IMG/VR virus record: IMGVR_UViG_3300033571_014589
Location: 51,549-71,548 of that record
DNA from: an uncultured virus (IMG/VR IMGVR_UViG_3300033571_014589)
Lineage: Duplodnaviria; Heunggongvirae; Uroviricota; Caudoviricetes
Length of the DNA stretch: 20,000 bases
Strand: one strand, 5' to 3'
The translations under genes and the position numbers were made by a program. This document shows, in pieces, positions 9,101 through 17,641 of this stretch. Positions within the stretch are counted from its first letter, which is position 1, and the number at the start of each line of letters is the position of its first letter. The notes beneath the pieces are model-generated. The model had not been told where the DNA came from and did no database searches. It saw only the letters and a list, made by a program, of their open reading frames with translations.

Positions 9101-10817
9101 TTCAAAAGCGGTATTAAGAAAGTTATTAAATGAATCAAATTATTTTCAATTTATTAAAGAAAATAACCCATATATTTATGACTCATTAAAGGAAAAACTT
9201 AAATTTTTTCATCCGTCGTTCCATTCTATTACACCTGAAGGGCTGAACTCAAGATTAACATTTTTAATGCAATGTACAAGACCTGGCGATACAATACCAA
9301 CAAAACAGGCTGATGGTACATTTTTAGATAAAGATGCTAGAAACACATCCTTTGGGGCTCCACCAATATGTGTAATTAGAATTGGTGATTTCTATCATAC
9401 TAAAGCGGTAATAAATAATGTTAAATTTAGTTATGAAGACAAGACCCTTGATTTGAATCCTGAAGGTATCGGGGTTCAGCCAATGATAGTCGGTGTTTCA
9501 ATAAGCTTTAATTTTATCGGAGGTCAGAGTCTTAAAGGACCAATCGATGAATTACAAAACGCACTTTCTTTTAATTTCTTTGCAAATACTGAAATGTATG
9601 ATGAAAGGGCGACTGTATTGACAGAATCTGCATATGATAAACAATTTATTGAAAACACACAACCTGAAGGAACAACAATTCAAAATACAAATACTGATTT
9701 ATCAAATGAAGCTGGTGAATTTATTGGTAGGCTAAATGGTGATTTAAGTCCAAGTGGTTTAACAGGAAATAATGATTATAAAAATGTTATAGATAGTTTA
9801 ATTGGTAGTTATGAACAATTATATAATGGAATCTATGATAAATTAGAACAGATAAATACTGATTATAATTGGTCTGTTCTTCAGATATATACCTCTGAAA
9901 GAATATATAAAGAAGGGGTGTTAAAAACACCTACAGTAAAATCTAAAAATATTTTTGGTTTATCAAAAAATTATAAACAAAAAATAAATGACATCTTTAC
10001 AGAATTATATTTAGATATACAAGAAGAAAATCTTAGTATCTTTAATAAATTACCTGAAAATATAACAAAGATTAAAACTTTAAAAAAACAATTAACAAAT
10101 TTAGTTTTAGAAAAACAAAAAACATTTTTTGATGGGTTAGAAACAATAACAAAACAATTGTCACAATCTCAAATAGAATATGTAAGATTAATTGATAAAT
10201 TAAATTTTTTATCTAATAATGCCGATGGAGTTATGGATAAAAAAGGTAACATTAATTTATATAACACATTGTCTTCAGCAACGATTAACAATTTACTTAT
10301 TAATTCCGATTCAATAACTGATGCTTCTTCAGTCATGATAAATCAATTAATATCGAATCAAATTATTGAAGACCTAATTGATTATAACATTCTTGGACTT
10401 TCAGGTGTAAACACATTTGATAAATTTTCAAATTCATTATCAGATAAAAGATTCTACACAATATTTGGATATGACTTATTGAATAATTATAACGAATTGG
10501 AAACAAAAATAATTGGAGAATTAACTCAAAGTCCGTGGAGAAAAAATATATCGGATAATTTGAATACTTATTATGGTAAAAAAAATACGGGTTACATTAA
10601 TGAGCAAGGGATTAAAAAATTCAAGGATTTCAAAAAAACTAATCCTAAATTTTCATCATTATTACCGAGTAACTGGAATGAAATAGTAAAAACTAATAGA
10701 CCAAATAGTTTGCAATTACAAACACCAATCAACTCTACAATCAAAACCCAATTTGAAGAATTATATTCAGGAGTAAATTCTCAAGGAGATAAATTTAATG
10801 GTAAATTTACATTTTAA
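6159..10817 (+). CDS. Large baseplate protein with a split tail-tube-initiator-like (gp48/gp54/GpU-type) domain, 1552 aa
   Basis: Follows the tape measure and precedes the LysM protein. The segments FPPYDLSFSDDSTVDWNSNTFLGRPEAIYTYKGTSRGGSLNF and GAPPICVIRIGDFY...INNVKFSY...QPMIVGVSISF resemble the two halves of a tube-initiator fold. Confidence 0.6.
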   Translation: MASGPLSFSTTESLRKKLLSKNLEPYFVNGSTSPKSNAQDVGTKETEWIELPLVNQQDLDKSGEIPQIKLNVLNQYGPDNGRGPSAVFKNQGTKSNQGEFIYQTDNTNKFKESEQEQKELLVLNRFAPQNGWSDAASELESKIIQPQIRDEYVSDSLKPNLYRPSKYTSAQIYLQDNPTGSDGTLSQDSILAQLGAKKLKQLFLDSVAFEIRQQTTGRANAIIAAQDPYLASKIITGRAPLIEPNWSVTVPDSALGKTVNFAARVTGAYSPFSYIPGDYFSFVQPTSLLNQTINRVAGFFGSPNILPTRKTASDIFLAYTGQGTRKLLFGSLGLNKFAPDYRANFINQLGLSAPKGNYYVGSRTSEPLDIVSPSGQIPVNEYGKEVETNVYGPSVLGKLYENDLEFKFGLNQTSTIDGGGLQGGFTWVSPKYKGNAGFNVGKGGDPKGQDPNYQPIAAQYTNSESTQYSFKQGSILDDTQRLINSQPNGGKRLQHVGNAIDQVSKVFNDGYKEITKGSRVIKYVDQNGTFVGTEYGRVFAKDIPYYENTKLQKTEGNIRKNANSILDKTYNLNIFPTTGPDSTTISDGRVKKYMLSIENLAWRTSRRPGLTYADLPESEKGPNGGRVMWFPPYDLSFSDDSTVDWNSNTFLGRPEAIYTYKGTSRGGSLNFKIVVDHPSIMNLIVNNVLSNTNSSQVADQVLDSFFAGLTKFDIYELAKKYQNFSPTELQKIQDTINQSSNPEKIKDSLTANLNKGGTGAGGSMTSNASIGLQDYKPQLSAYINSEFFFNYNQSGGNSYSDALNQYESDNNFKIINNVQSTEIKNSYSRLENLSNQIKSTLDTNPNVTIKILLKSNSSYNEATTVKKDRLTCIEESIIKIVGKNTRLTFENKQGNDSDKLPTINYPCNSATTNNYAVGPVGCRRVIIDNIIETPLPNQNNPNGSTTQSPSTVVGNIASQFRLNNSLNNIATNDSSNLTESVSKAVLRKLLNESNYFQFIKENNPYIYDSLKEKLKFFHPSFHSITPEGLNSRLTFLMQCTRPGDTIPTKQADGTFLDKDARNTSFGAPPICVIRIGDFYHTKAVINNVKFSYEDKTLDLNPEGIGVQPMIVGVSISFNFIGGQSLKGPIDELQNALSFNFFANTEMYDERATVLTESAYDKQFIENTQPEGTTIQNTNTDLSNEAGEFIGRLNGDLSPSGLTGNNDYKNVIDSLIGSYEQLYNGIYDKLEQINTDYNWSVLQIYTSERIYKEGVLKTPTVKSKNIFGLSKNYKQKINDIFTELYLDIQEENLSIFNKLPENITKIKTLKKQLTNLVLEKQKTFFDGLETITKQLSQSQIEYVRLIDKLNFLSNNADGVMDKKGNINLYNTLSSATINNLLINSDSITDASSVMINQLISNQIIEDLIDYNILGLSGVNTFDKFSNSLSDKRFYTIFGYDLLNNYNELETKIIGELTQSPWRKNISDNLNTYYGKKNTGYINEQGIKKFKDFKKTNPKFSSLLPSNWNEIVKTNRPNSLQLQTPINSTIKTQFEELYSGVNSQGDKFNGKFTF

Positions 10818-11134
10818 TGGAATATTTTAACAGATACAATCAATTTTTAATAGACGGAGAACAGACAGTTGTTCCATATGTTACTTTACCACGAAAGTCT
10901 ACAGATATTAAATATATCTACAGAGCGGGTACAAGTAGATTAGATAAAATAAGTCAACAATATTATAACTCACCATATTTTGGTTGGTTAATTATGGTTG
11001 CAAATCCTGAATTTGGAGGATTAGAATGGAATATACCTGATAATTCCGTAATTGTAATACCTTACCCTTTAAATGCATCAATTCAGGATTATAATAATGC
11101 AATAAAAACTAGATTCTATTATTATGGCAGATAA
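10817..11134 (+). CDS. LysM-like baseplate wedge protein (T4 gp53 / P2 gpX-like)
   Basis: 105 aa with YIYRAGTSRLDKISQQYYNSPYFGWLIMVANP...IVIP. TAATG stop/start overlap with the upstream gene. Confidence 0.8.
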   Translation: MEYFNRYNQFLIDGEQTVVPYVTLPRKSTDIKYIYRAGTSRLDKISQQYYNSPYFGWLIMVANPEFGGLEWNIPDNSVIVIPYPLNASIQDYNNAIKTRFYYYGR

Positions 11135-14100
11135 CTTTGGTGGAGGTGAAAATATATTTTATATTGATGATGCAAACATCGTTTTAATTGACCCAAATGC
11201 AATTATTGATTCAGATGGTCGAAAAAAAGATAGAGTAATAAAACAAGAAAATCTTGTTATGTATGCAAACTTGGAAGTCGAATCGGTTCCAAGAACAAAA
11301 TTATCAGTAGGTCAAAGTGTTGATAGTGGTATAAGTAATTATACGATTGCGTCAATTAATTTTCTGAAACCACAAGGTAAAAACGTTTTTGATACAAGTT
11401 ACACAGACCAACTAACCGCAGGAAGAAATTTACAAGGTACTGTAAACCAACTATCGTTTGATAAAAATGATAATCCGCAACAATTAAATTATGTTGATAC
11501 ACAGTTATTAGGTATAAAATCAATAAATGTTGATATTAAAAACAATGGAGTTCCAACCGTAAGTATGACATTAGTTGACATACAAGGAAGGGCATTGTTT
11601 GAAACAGGTGGAAACTCCCCCTATTCTGTATTTTTATATTATCCATATCCATTATTTAGGCTAACCCTAAAGGGCTATTATGGTAAGGCAATTCAATATG
11701 AATTAATGTTAAGAAGTTTTAACGCTTCATTTGAACAATCAACAGGTAACTATAACATTGATTTACAATTCATTGCAAGAACTAGCGCGATTTTAGATGA
11801 TATAAGACTTGGTTATTTATTTGCGTTACCAAATATGTACCCAAGATATGAAGTACCTGTAATAAATAGTGATACAACATCACAACAGGCAACCGCAAGT
11901 CAACAACAAATTGGTGTAAATGTCGCACAACAATCAACAATTGTTAGAACATCAAGAGGGTATAACAAAATAAAAGAAGTATTTGAAGAATATAAAAAGG
12001 ACGGATTAATAGATAGTTCAGTTCCTATTATGACTTTAAATGAAATGCAGATTAATTTATCAAAATACACACAATTTTTAAATGATGAGTTTGAAAAATT
12101 ACCATTTGAAGATTTAGTCGCTCTTCAAAAGTATAAGGAAACTGTTGATACGTTTTCAACGGAGATTGAAAAATGGAGAACCACATATACCGACAATGGT
12201 AACATTTTGGTTTTGACAGATAAAACTAAGATGTATCAACTTAAAAATTTAACGATAAATGACGAAAGTAGTAATACTACAAAATCAAATACCGCAAATG
12301 CGGAATTAGAAAAAATATTAAATAATAATAAAGGTATTTTAGAAACCATTCCAAGATGGAGTAAAGAAATTGCAATACCTGATAATTTTTTTAAGATAAC
12401 TAATTTTCAGAAAAAATTTACAGAAGGTGAGATAGATTACATACAAACTTTTTTTAATGTAAGAGGAAGAGTTGTTAATGACCCAATAAATGATGAGGAA
12501 TTTTTACAATTTAAAGATAAATTAAAAAATAGATTAATTGAAGAAAAAGTATTACCAACATCTGAAAATTCTGATAACAGCAGTGTTTCAACTCCAAATC
12601 CTTATTACTATACCTTTGATTTGTTTAGTAATGATTATATAAATTTGGTTTCCGTAATAGAACAAAATAATCAAAAAGAAAACGAGAGATTAAATGGTAT
12701 ACTACAAGATAGGGTGAAGAAAAATGGTAATGTTAATAATTTACCTTTTAGACCAACAATTAGAAATGTTGTCGGTGTTATCATTGCATCGGTTGACGCT
12801 TTTTATAGGTTAATGGATGAAATACATGAAAAGGCTTGGAATGAGAGAGATAATCCTGATAGAATAAGGTCGATAATTAGTAACGATACACCATCACCTG
12901 AAGGTAAAAATTCAACACAAACAACAACTAAAAATATTACAAATTTTGTTTATCCTTGGCCTCAATTTGTACAAAAAAAAGAAGGTTCAGGTAATTCAGA
13001 ATATCAAATAACATATCCTGGTTCAAAATCAGTTTTGAATTTTACTAACGGTTATGATACAAGAGTATGGCCTGAAGTTGAGTTTGTCGAACAATTTTTA
13101 TATGGATTAACAGTTAAAGATTTGGACTACAATTCAGACAATCAAATATCGCCAACATTAAAATTAAACTACACACCATCTTCAGCAATCGAATTTGAGT
13201 ATGTTGATAAAATATATTCAAACACAGCGGTTTATGATTTTGTGTATGAAATGTATGAAAGACTTTTGTTAAATACTTATTATTCGGGATTATATTATAG
13301 TGAAACTAATTTCGATTTAATTAATTCTGGGTCTGACATGGAATATAGTAATATTTCAAATTCAGGATTACCAAACGGTGAATTGAAAAAAATTTTAAGT
13401 GACCAACTAACTAAACAAAATCTTTATGATTTCTTGAAATCGACTTCAGGACAAAACAATGAAGGGCAACTTTGGAACAATTTTTTAACACAAAGTTATA
13501 ACACAGGTTACATAATACAAAAGATTAAAGAGCAGAGTGAACTATATTCTGACAGTGAATATAAAAATTTAACAAAAAATCCTATTAAGTTAACAACTCA
13601 AGATACTATTGTAAATTTTTTAAAAGACCCTACAAGTTCAAACAATACATTAATGGATACGTATCCATTTATAATACCTCAATTTCAACAAAAACTACCA
13701 GGAGCCACAAGTATAAATTTTTATGATACTATAAATACGTATACGTTAGATTCACAAAATCTATTTATTACCAACCAAAAAAATAATTTATTACCATTAA
13801 CTAAAAATTCTTCAGCTCTAAATGGATATAATAATCCAAACATTGGTGATGCGGATATTAATGGATACTTTAATACTAATTTTAGTAACCCTAATAGGAG
13901 AATGGTGACAGAAGGTAATGTTTTTTATTCAGATAACAATAGATTAACTGAAACTCAAACAACGAGTATGTTAAATACTCCATACTTTTTAAATTCACTT
14001 ATGGAATCATCAGAATTAAGTGGTGACACTAAGTATGTTAAACCGGCTTATTTATTACTTAACTCATTACCTTTAACCACTTTATATGAAAGATATTTAG

Positions 14101-17100
14101 ATATCGCAAATAATGTTAAGGATGAATATATTTTTGCGTCTTTAAATAAATTTTCGGCAATTCATAAGTTACCATATGCTTGGATTTTAAAGATAGGTTC
14201 TGTATGGTACAGATATAAAGAATATGTAAATAATAATGTTGATATTTTAGATAGTATTTGGAAAGATTTTAATTATAAAAAAGCTTACGACCCACAGAGC
14301 TCAAATGATAAAAAAGTTTACAGTATAATACAAAATAACTCAACAACAAAATCTAATTTTATTCTAAACGACACACAAAAAATAAATGTAGGATTTTATC
14401 CTGGTTTATATAACAGCGTTTATAAGATAATTACAGATTCTGATTTATTTAATAACGATGTTGACAATAAAGACAAAAGTTTTTGGGATAAACTAAAGGT
14501 TTCTCTTGATAGTAGTTTACAAACTAAAAAACCTGAAGGAGACATAAATCCATATTTTTCAACATTTAAAATAACGACTGACGAGAGTGATGATTTTGGG
14601 CCATCAAACATCGGAAAATATCTTGTAATGCCATCTTGTGGGTTTCTACCATTTCAGCAGGCGTATTATCAAGTAACCACCAATGGTAATAATGATAATG
14701 TGTCCAAGGAAAAAGTTAATGTACCTCAAACTTTTAATGGTAGTACTAAAGTATTTTGGGAAGCACCAAATTATGGTTGGTTTGATAATACAAAAATCAA
14801 TAAACCAAACTTTAATGAATACCTAAAATATGTTGTGGCACAAGACAATCAGCCAGAACAATTTGAGTTTTACTTATCAAAAACGAAATATAGTAATATT
14901 GAAGACATTTTTGGTGTCTTTGATTATAACCAATTAGATTTATTTGAAAATGAGTTTTTAGAGTTTTCAAAAGAAGATGGTAGTTCACAGTTAGTTCAAA
15001 ACTCCGATATTGCTTATACAAATTTTAAACAATTATTTAAAAAAATGATGATTGTTGAAATTGCAGACGCTAACAATCTTTCAGACATAAGTAAAAAACA
15101 ATCAACAATAATTACAGAAACATTAAATAAATTTATGGAAATACCCGTTTATTTAAAAAACGGAAACCCAAAAAAGTTTGATAGGATAAATTTTGGTAAT
15201 TTCATAAATGGAAATTCTGGTGGTAGTGGAGTAACTAGAATGATACCAAGTCAAAGAAAAAATTATGGTAATTATGTACCAAATTCAATTCAGACATCTA
15301 AAACTAACAATGACATTAATTGGAAAACACTCAAACTATATGTTGGAGATTCAACCATTTCAAACCTAAGTCTAACTGACAACTCATATGTTTATGACTT
15401 CTTTATAGATAACAATATTGCGTTTACAGAACAAAATATAAAAGACCTGTCTAAGTTAATTAAGATATATGCAACACAAAAAAGATTAAACAATGGTGAA
15501 TATAACTCTCAAAGGTTTAAGGAAGATATAACCAAATTAATGAGTGATACATATGAAAAAAGAACAAATATTGAAACCCAACTTAGAAGTAGATTAAGTA
15601 ATTTAACAAATGGAACACAAAACAATGAAATCACCATTAACAAATATGAAGGGGATGAAACCAAATTGGAAATGTGGGAATTATTTAAAGCAATAAATGA
15701 TAAATGGGTCGCAGGTATTGATTTTAAACGAAGAACAATATTTGAAGAATTTTTATTTTTTGATAGGGCTAATATAGATATTGGTGATGATTTTATAATT
15801 AAAGTGGATTCGGTTAGAAAATATTGTACTTGGGAAAACTCAAATACTTCTGTAATGAATTTGATTAGTATGTTATTAAGGGATAATAAGATGAATTTTT
15901 TTGTTATGCCGGCATATATTAATTTTTATGGAAAACCTTCAAAAAGGTTTACAACACAAAATGAAACAATATTAAATAACGCAAATGATGTTTTTAGTAC
16001 GTTTGGTTATGTTGATTATACATCATCCGCGCCAAAATTTTTATGTCAATATATAGGTAGGCCATCAGAAACGTTGTCAATGGACAATGACCCAAAATAT
16101 CCATTTAAAAGTGATTCATTTGATTTAGGTCAAAACGCTGGAAACCCAATTAGAAATACAAATCCTGTAACAAATCAATTTAATAACAATAAAGCGGTTG
16201 GGTTTGTTGTTGATTTTGGGGTTACAAATCAAAATGTTTTTACATCTTTTGAAATATCACAAAATCAAAACGTAACATCTTCAGAACAAATTCAGATTGT
16301 TGTTGATATGGGTCGTTTAGGAGGTAATAAAAAAACTTCACAACAGACAACAGCATTATATGAGTTATATAAAAATAGGGTTTATAATTCAACAATTAAA
16401 ACATTAGGTAATGTAATGATACAACCAACAATGTATTTTGTTATAAGACATATGCCAATGTTTAATGGGACTTATGTGATTAGAAATGTAAAACACTCGA
16501 TTTCACCTGGAAATTTTGAAACCACATTTGAAGGACAAAGAATATCTGCACTTTCAAATTCAAAAATAAATAACGAGTTGGCTTCTTTAAATGAGGACTT
16601 TACAAAAAAATTAAACGATAAAGTAAAAACATTGGTTTCTAATAATCAATTAGTTGTTAGAAATAATTCAAACCAATATGTTACAGGACAAGACGCCAAA
16701 AATATAAATATATCAATTAGAATACCATATCAAGGTAATATTGTAACCGCGATAGATAGTAGTGAACAGACATGTAATGAAAATCTTTATGGATATCCTG
16801 ATAGTCCACAATCTAAATTAGAGTTAAAAGATTTTAATTCAAGAAAAGTAAGTAAAACTGAATTAATTAATTTAATACGTACAAACATTGAAGATAAAAA
16901 TATGAGATTGTTTTTATATTCTTTATTCTTCCTAACAGGGTATGATATATATCAAAATAGTTTTGAAATTAAGTTAAATAATATTTTTGGAGCGACAGGG
17001 GACATTCAATGGAATTCATTGGAAAATGTTAACGGATATAGATGTCTATTAACTAATGAAAGATTTCCGATACCGTATTTAAATTTTGAAACTTTGGATA

Positions 17101-17384
17101 AATGTTTAACTTTCATGAATTCATATTTTAAAGAACTATTAACTGTTTATTTAAATGACAAAACAAATTTCGTATGTACTACCGATGATAGTTATAACCC
17201 TAATAATTTGGATAATGATTTTTATAGAACATGTATTACAAATATTTTTGTTAAGTTATTTTATGATAAATGGTATACGTCAGGTTCATCAACCAAATAT
17301 AATGAGAATACTTCATATAATACTTGGATATTAAATACTAGTTTTATTCTAAATGAGAAACAAACTAAATCACTTTTGATATAA
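11124..17384 (+). CDS. Giant baseplate hub-like protein (gp27/Mu gp44/GpD-type ends with a very large insertion), 2086 aa
   Basis: Follows the LysM gene with an 11-nt overlap. N-terminal beta-rich segment LGIKSINVDI...PTVSMTLVDIQG...LTLKGYYG. Late segment STIKTLGNVMIQPTMYF....MFNGTYVIRNVKHSISPGNFETTFEG matches the G..I.P...G.Y.I..V.H......T pattern of hub proteins. Confidence 0.6.
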   Translation: MADNFGGGENIFYIDDANIVLIDPNAIIDSDGRKKDRVIKQENLVMYANLEVESVPRTKLSVGQSVDSGISNYTIASINFLKPQGKNVFDTSYTDQLTAGRNLQGTVNQLSFDKNDNPQQLNYVDTQLLGIKSINVDIKNNGVPTVSMTLVDIQGRALFETGGNSPYSVFLYYPYPLFRLTLKGYYGKAIQYELMLRSFNASFEQSTGNYNIDLQFIARTSAILDDIRLGYLFALPNMYPRYEVPVINSDTTSQQATASQQQIGVNVAQQSTIVRTSRGYNKIKEVFEEYKKDGLIDSSVPIMTLNEMQINLSKYTQFLNDEFEKLPFEDLVALQKYKETVDTFSTEIEKWRTTYTDNGNILVLTDKTKMYQLKNLTINDESSNTTKSNTANAELEKILNNNKGILETIPRWSKEIAIPDNFFKITNFQKKFTEGEIDYIQTFFNVRGRVVNDPINDEEFLQFKDKLKNRLIEEKVLPTSENSDNSSVSTPNPYYYTFDLFSNDYINLVSVIEQNNQKENERLNGILQDRVKKNGNVNNLPFRPTIRNVVGVIIASVDAFYRLMDEIHEKAWNERDNPDRIRSIISNDTPSPEGKNSTQTTTKNITNFVYPWPQFVQKKEGSGNSEYQITYPGSKSVLNFTNGYDTRVWPEVEFVEQFLYGLTVKDLDYNSDNQISPTLKLNYTPSSAIEFEYVDKIYSNTAVYDFVYEMYERLLLNTYYSGLYYSETNFDLINSGSDMEYSNISNSGLPNGELKKILSDQLTKQNLYDFLKSTSGQNNEGQLWNNFLTQSYNTGYIIQKIKEQSELYSDSEYKNLTKNPIKLTTQDTIVNFLKDPTSSNNTLMDTYPFIIPQFQQKLPGATSINFYDTINTYTLDSQNLFITNQKNNLLPLTKNSSALNGYNNPNIGDADINGYFNTNFSNPNRRMVTEGNVFYSDNNRLTETQTTSMLNTPYFLNSLMESSELSGDTKYVKPAYLLLNSLPLTTLYERYLDIANNVKDEYIFASLNKFSAIHKLPYAWILKIGSVWYRYKEYVNNNVDILDSIWKDFNYKKAYDPQSSNDKKVYSIIQNNSTTKSNFILNDTQKINVGFYPGLYNSVYKIITDSDLFNNDVDNKDKSFWDKLKVSLDSSLQTKKPEGDINPYFSTFKITTDESDDFGPSNIGKYLVMPSCGFLPFQQAYYQVTTNGNNDNVSKEKVNVPQTFNGSTKVFWEAPNYGWFDNTKINKPNFNEYLKYVVAQDNQPEQFEFYLSKTKYSNIEDIFGVFDYNQLDLFENEFLEFSKEDGSSQLVQNSDIAYTNFKQLFKKMMIVEIADANNLSDISKKQSTIITETLNKFMEIPVYLKNGNPKKFDRINFGNFINGNSGGSGVTRMIPSQRKNYGNYVPNSIQTSKTNNDINWKTLKLYVGDSTISNLSLTDNSYVYDFFIDNNIAFTEQNIKDLSKLIKIYATQKRLNNGEYNSQRFKEDITKLMSDTYEKRTNIETQLRSRLSNLTNGTQNNEITINKYEGDETKLEMWELFKAINDKWVAGIDFKRRTIFEEFLFFDRANIDIGDDFIIKVDSVRKYCTWENSNTSVMNLISMLLRDNKMNFFVMPAYINFYGKPSKRFTTQNETILNNANDVFSTFGYVDYTSSAPKFLCQYIGRPSETLSMDNDPKYPFKSDSFDLGQNAGNPIRNTNPVTNQFNNNKAVGFVVDFGVTNQNVFTSFEISQNQNVTSSEQIQIVVDMGRLGGNKKTSQQTTALYELYKNRVYNSTIKTLGNVMIQPTMYFVIRHMPMFNGTYVIRNVKHSISPGNFETTFEGQRISALSNSKINNELASLNEDFTKKLNDKVKTLVSNNQLVVRNNSNQYVTGQDAKNINISIRIPYQGNIVTAIDSSEQTCNENLYGYPDSPQSKLELKDFNSRKVSKTELINLIRTNIEDKNMRLFLYSLFFLTGYDIYQNSFEIKLNNIFGATGDIQWNSLENVNGYRCLLTNERFPIPYLNFETLDKCLTFMNSYFKELLTVYLNDKTNFVCTTDDSYNPNNLDNDFYRTCITNIFVKLFYDKWYTSGSSTKYNENTSYNTWILNTSFILNEKQTKSLLI

Positions 17385-17389
17385 CGATA

Positions 17390-17397
17390 TATTTATA
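17390..17397 (+). promoter_or_regulatory. TATTTATA putative late-promoter motif
   Basis: Exact motif copy in a 25-nt intergenic gap, 12 nt upstream of the ATG at 17410. Confidence 0.6.
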
Positions 17398-17409
17398 ATA
17401 AAAAATACT

Positions 17410-17637
17410 ATGAATAGTTTAAAAAACGTATTAGATAATTATTTGCAAAAAGACACAGTTATTGCAGAAAAAGATTTGGGAAACGGATATAAAGAAGTTT
17501 GTGATTTACAAACAGGTGATTGTTATACCGTAAGACTAAAAGACGGTTTAATTGAAAGAGTCGATAACACATTAAAATTAAACAGAACTCTACAAGTGGA
17601 AACACCACACGGAGTTAAAACATTATTAAGAGACTAA
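17410..17637 (+). CDS. Hypothetical protein, 75 aa
   Basis: Clean ATG with an A-rich leader after the TATTTATA motif; tightly packed with the next gene. Contains VCDLQTGDCY. No recognised family. Confidence 0.8.
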   Translation: MNSLKNVLDNYLQKDTVIAEKDLGNGYKEVCDLQTGDCYTVRLKDGLIERVDNTLKLNRTLQVETPHGVKTLLRD

Positions 17638-17641
17638 AAAA

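Noticed and set aside
1..17384. Bacterial extracellular contractile injection system, tailocin or T6SS
   Set aside because: No Afp15-like AAA ATPase or T6SS membrane genes are visible, and the module runs directly into phage-type gp32-like SSB and UvsX/RecA genes.
6159..17384. Inteins, introns or homing endonucleases explaining the giant ORF sizes
   Set aside because: No intein splice-junction or LAGLIDADG/HNH motifs were noticed, and the frames are uninterrupted.
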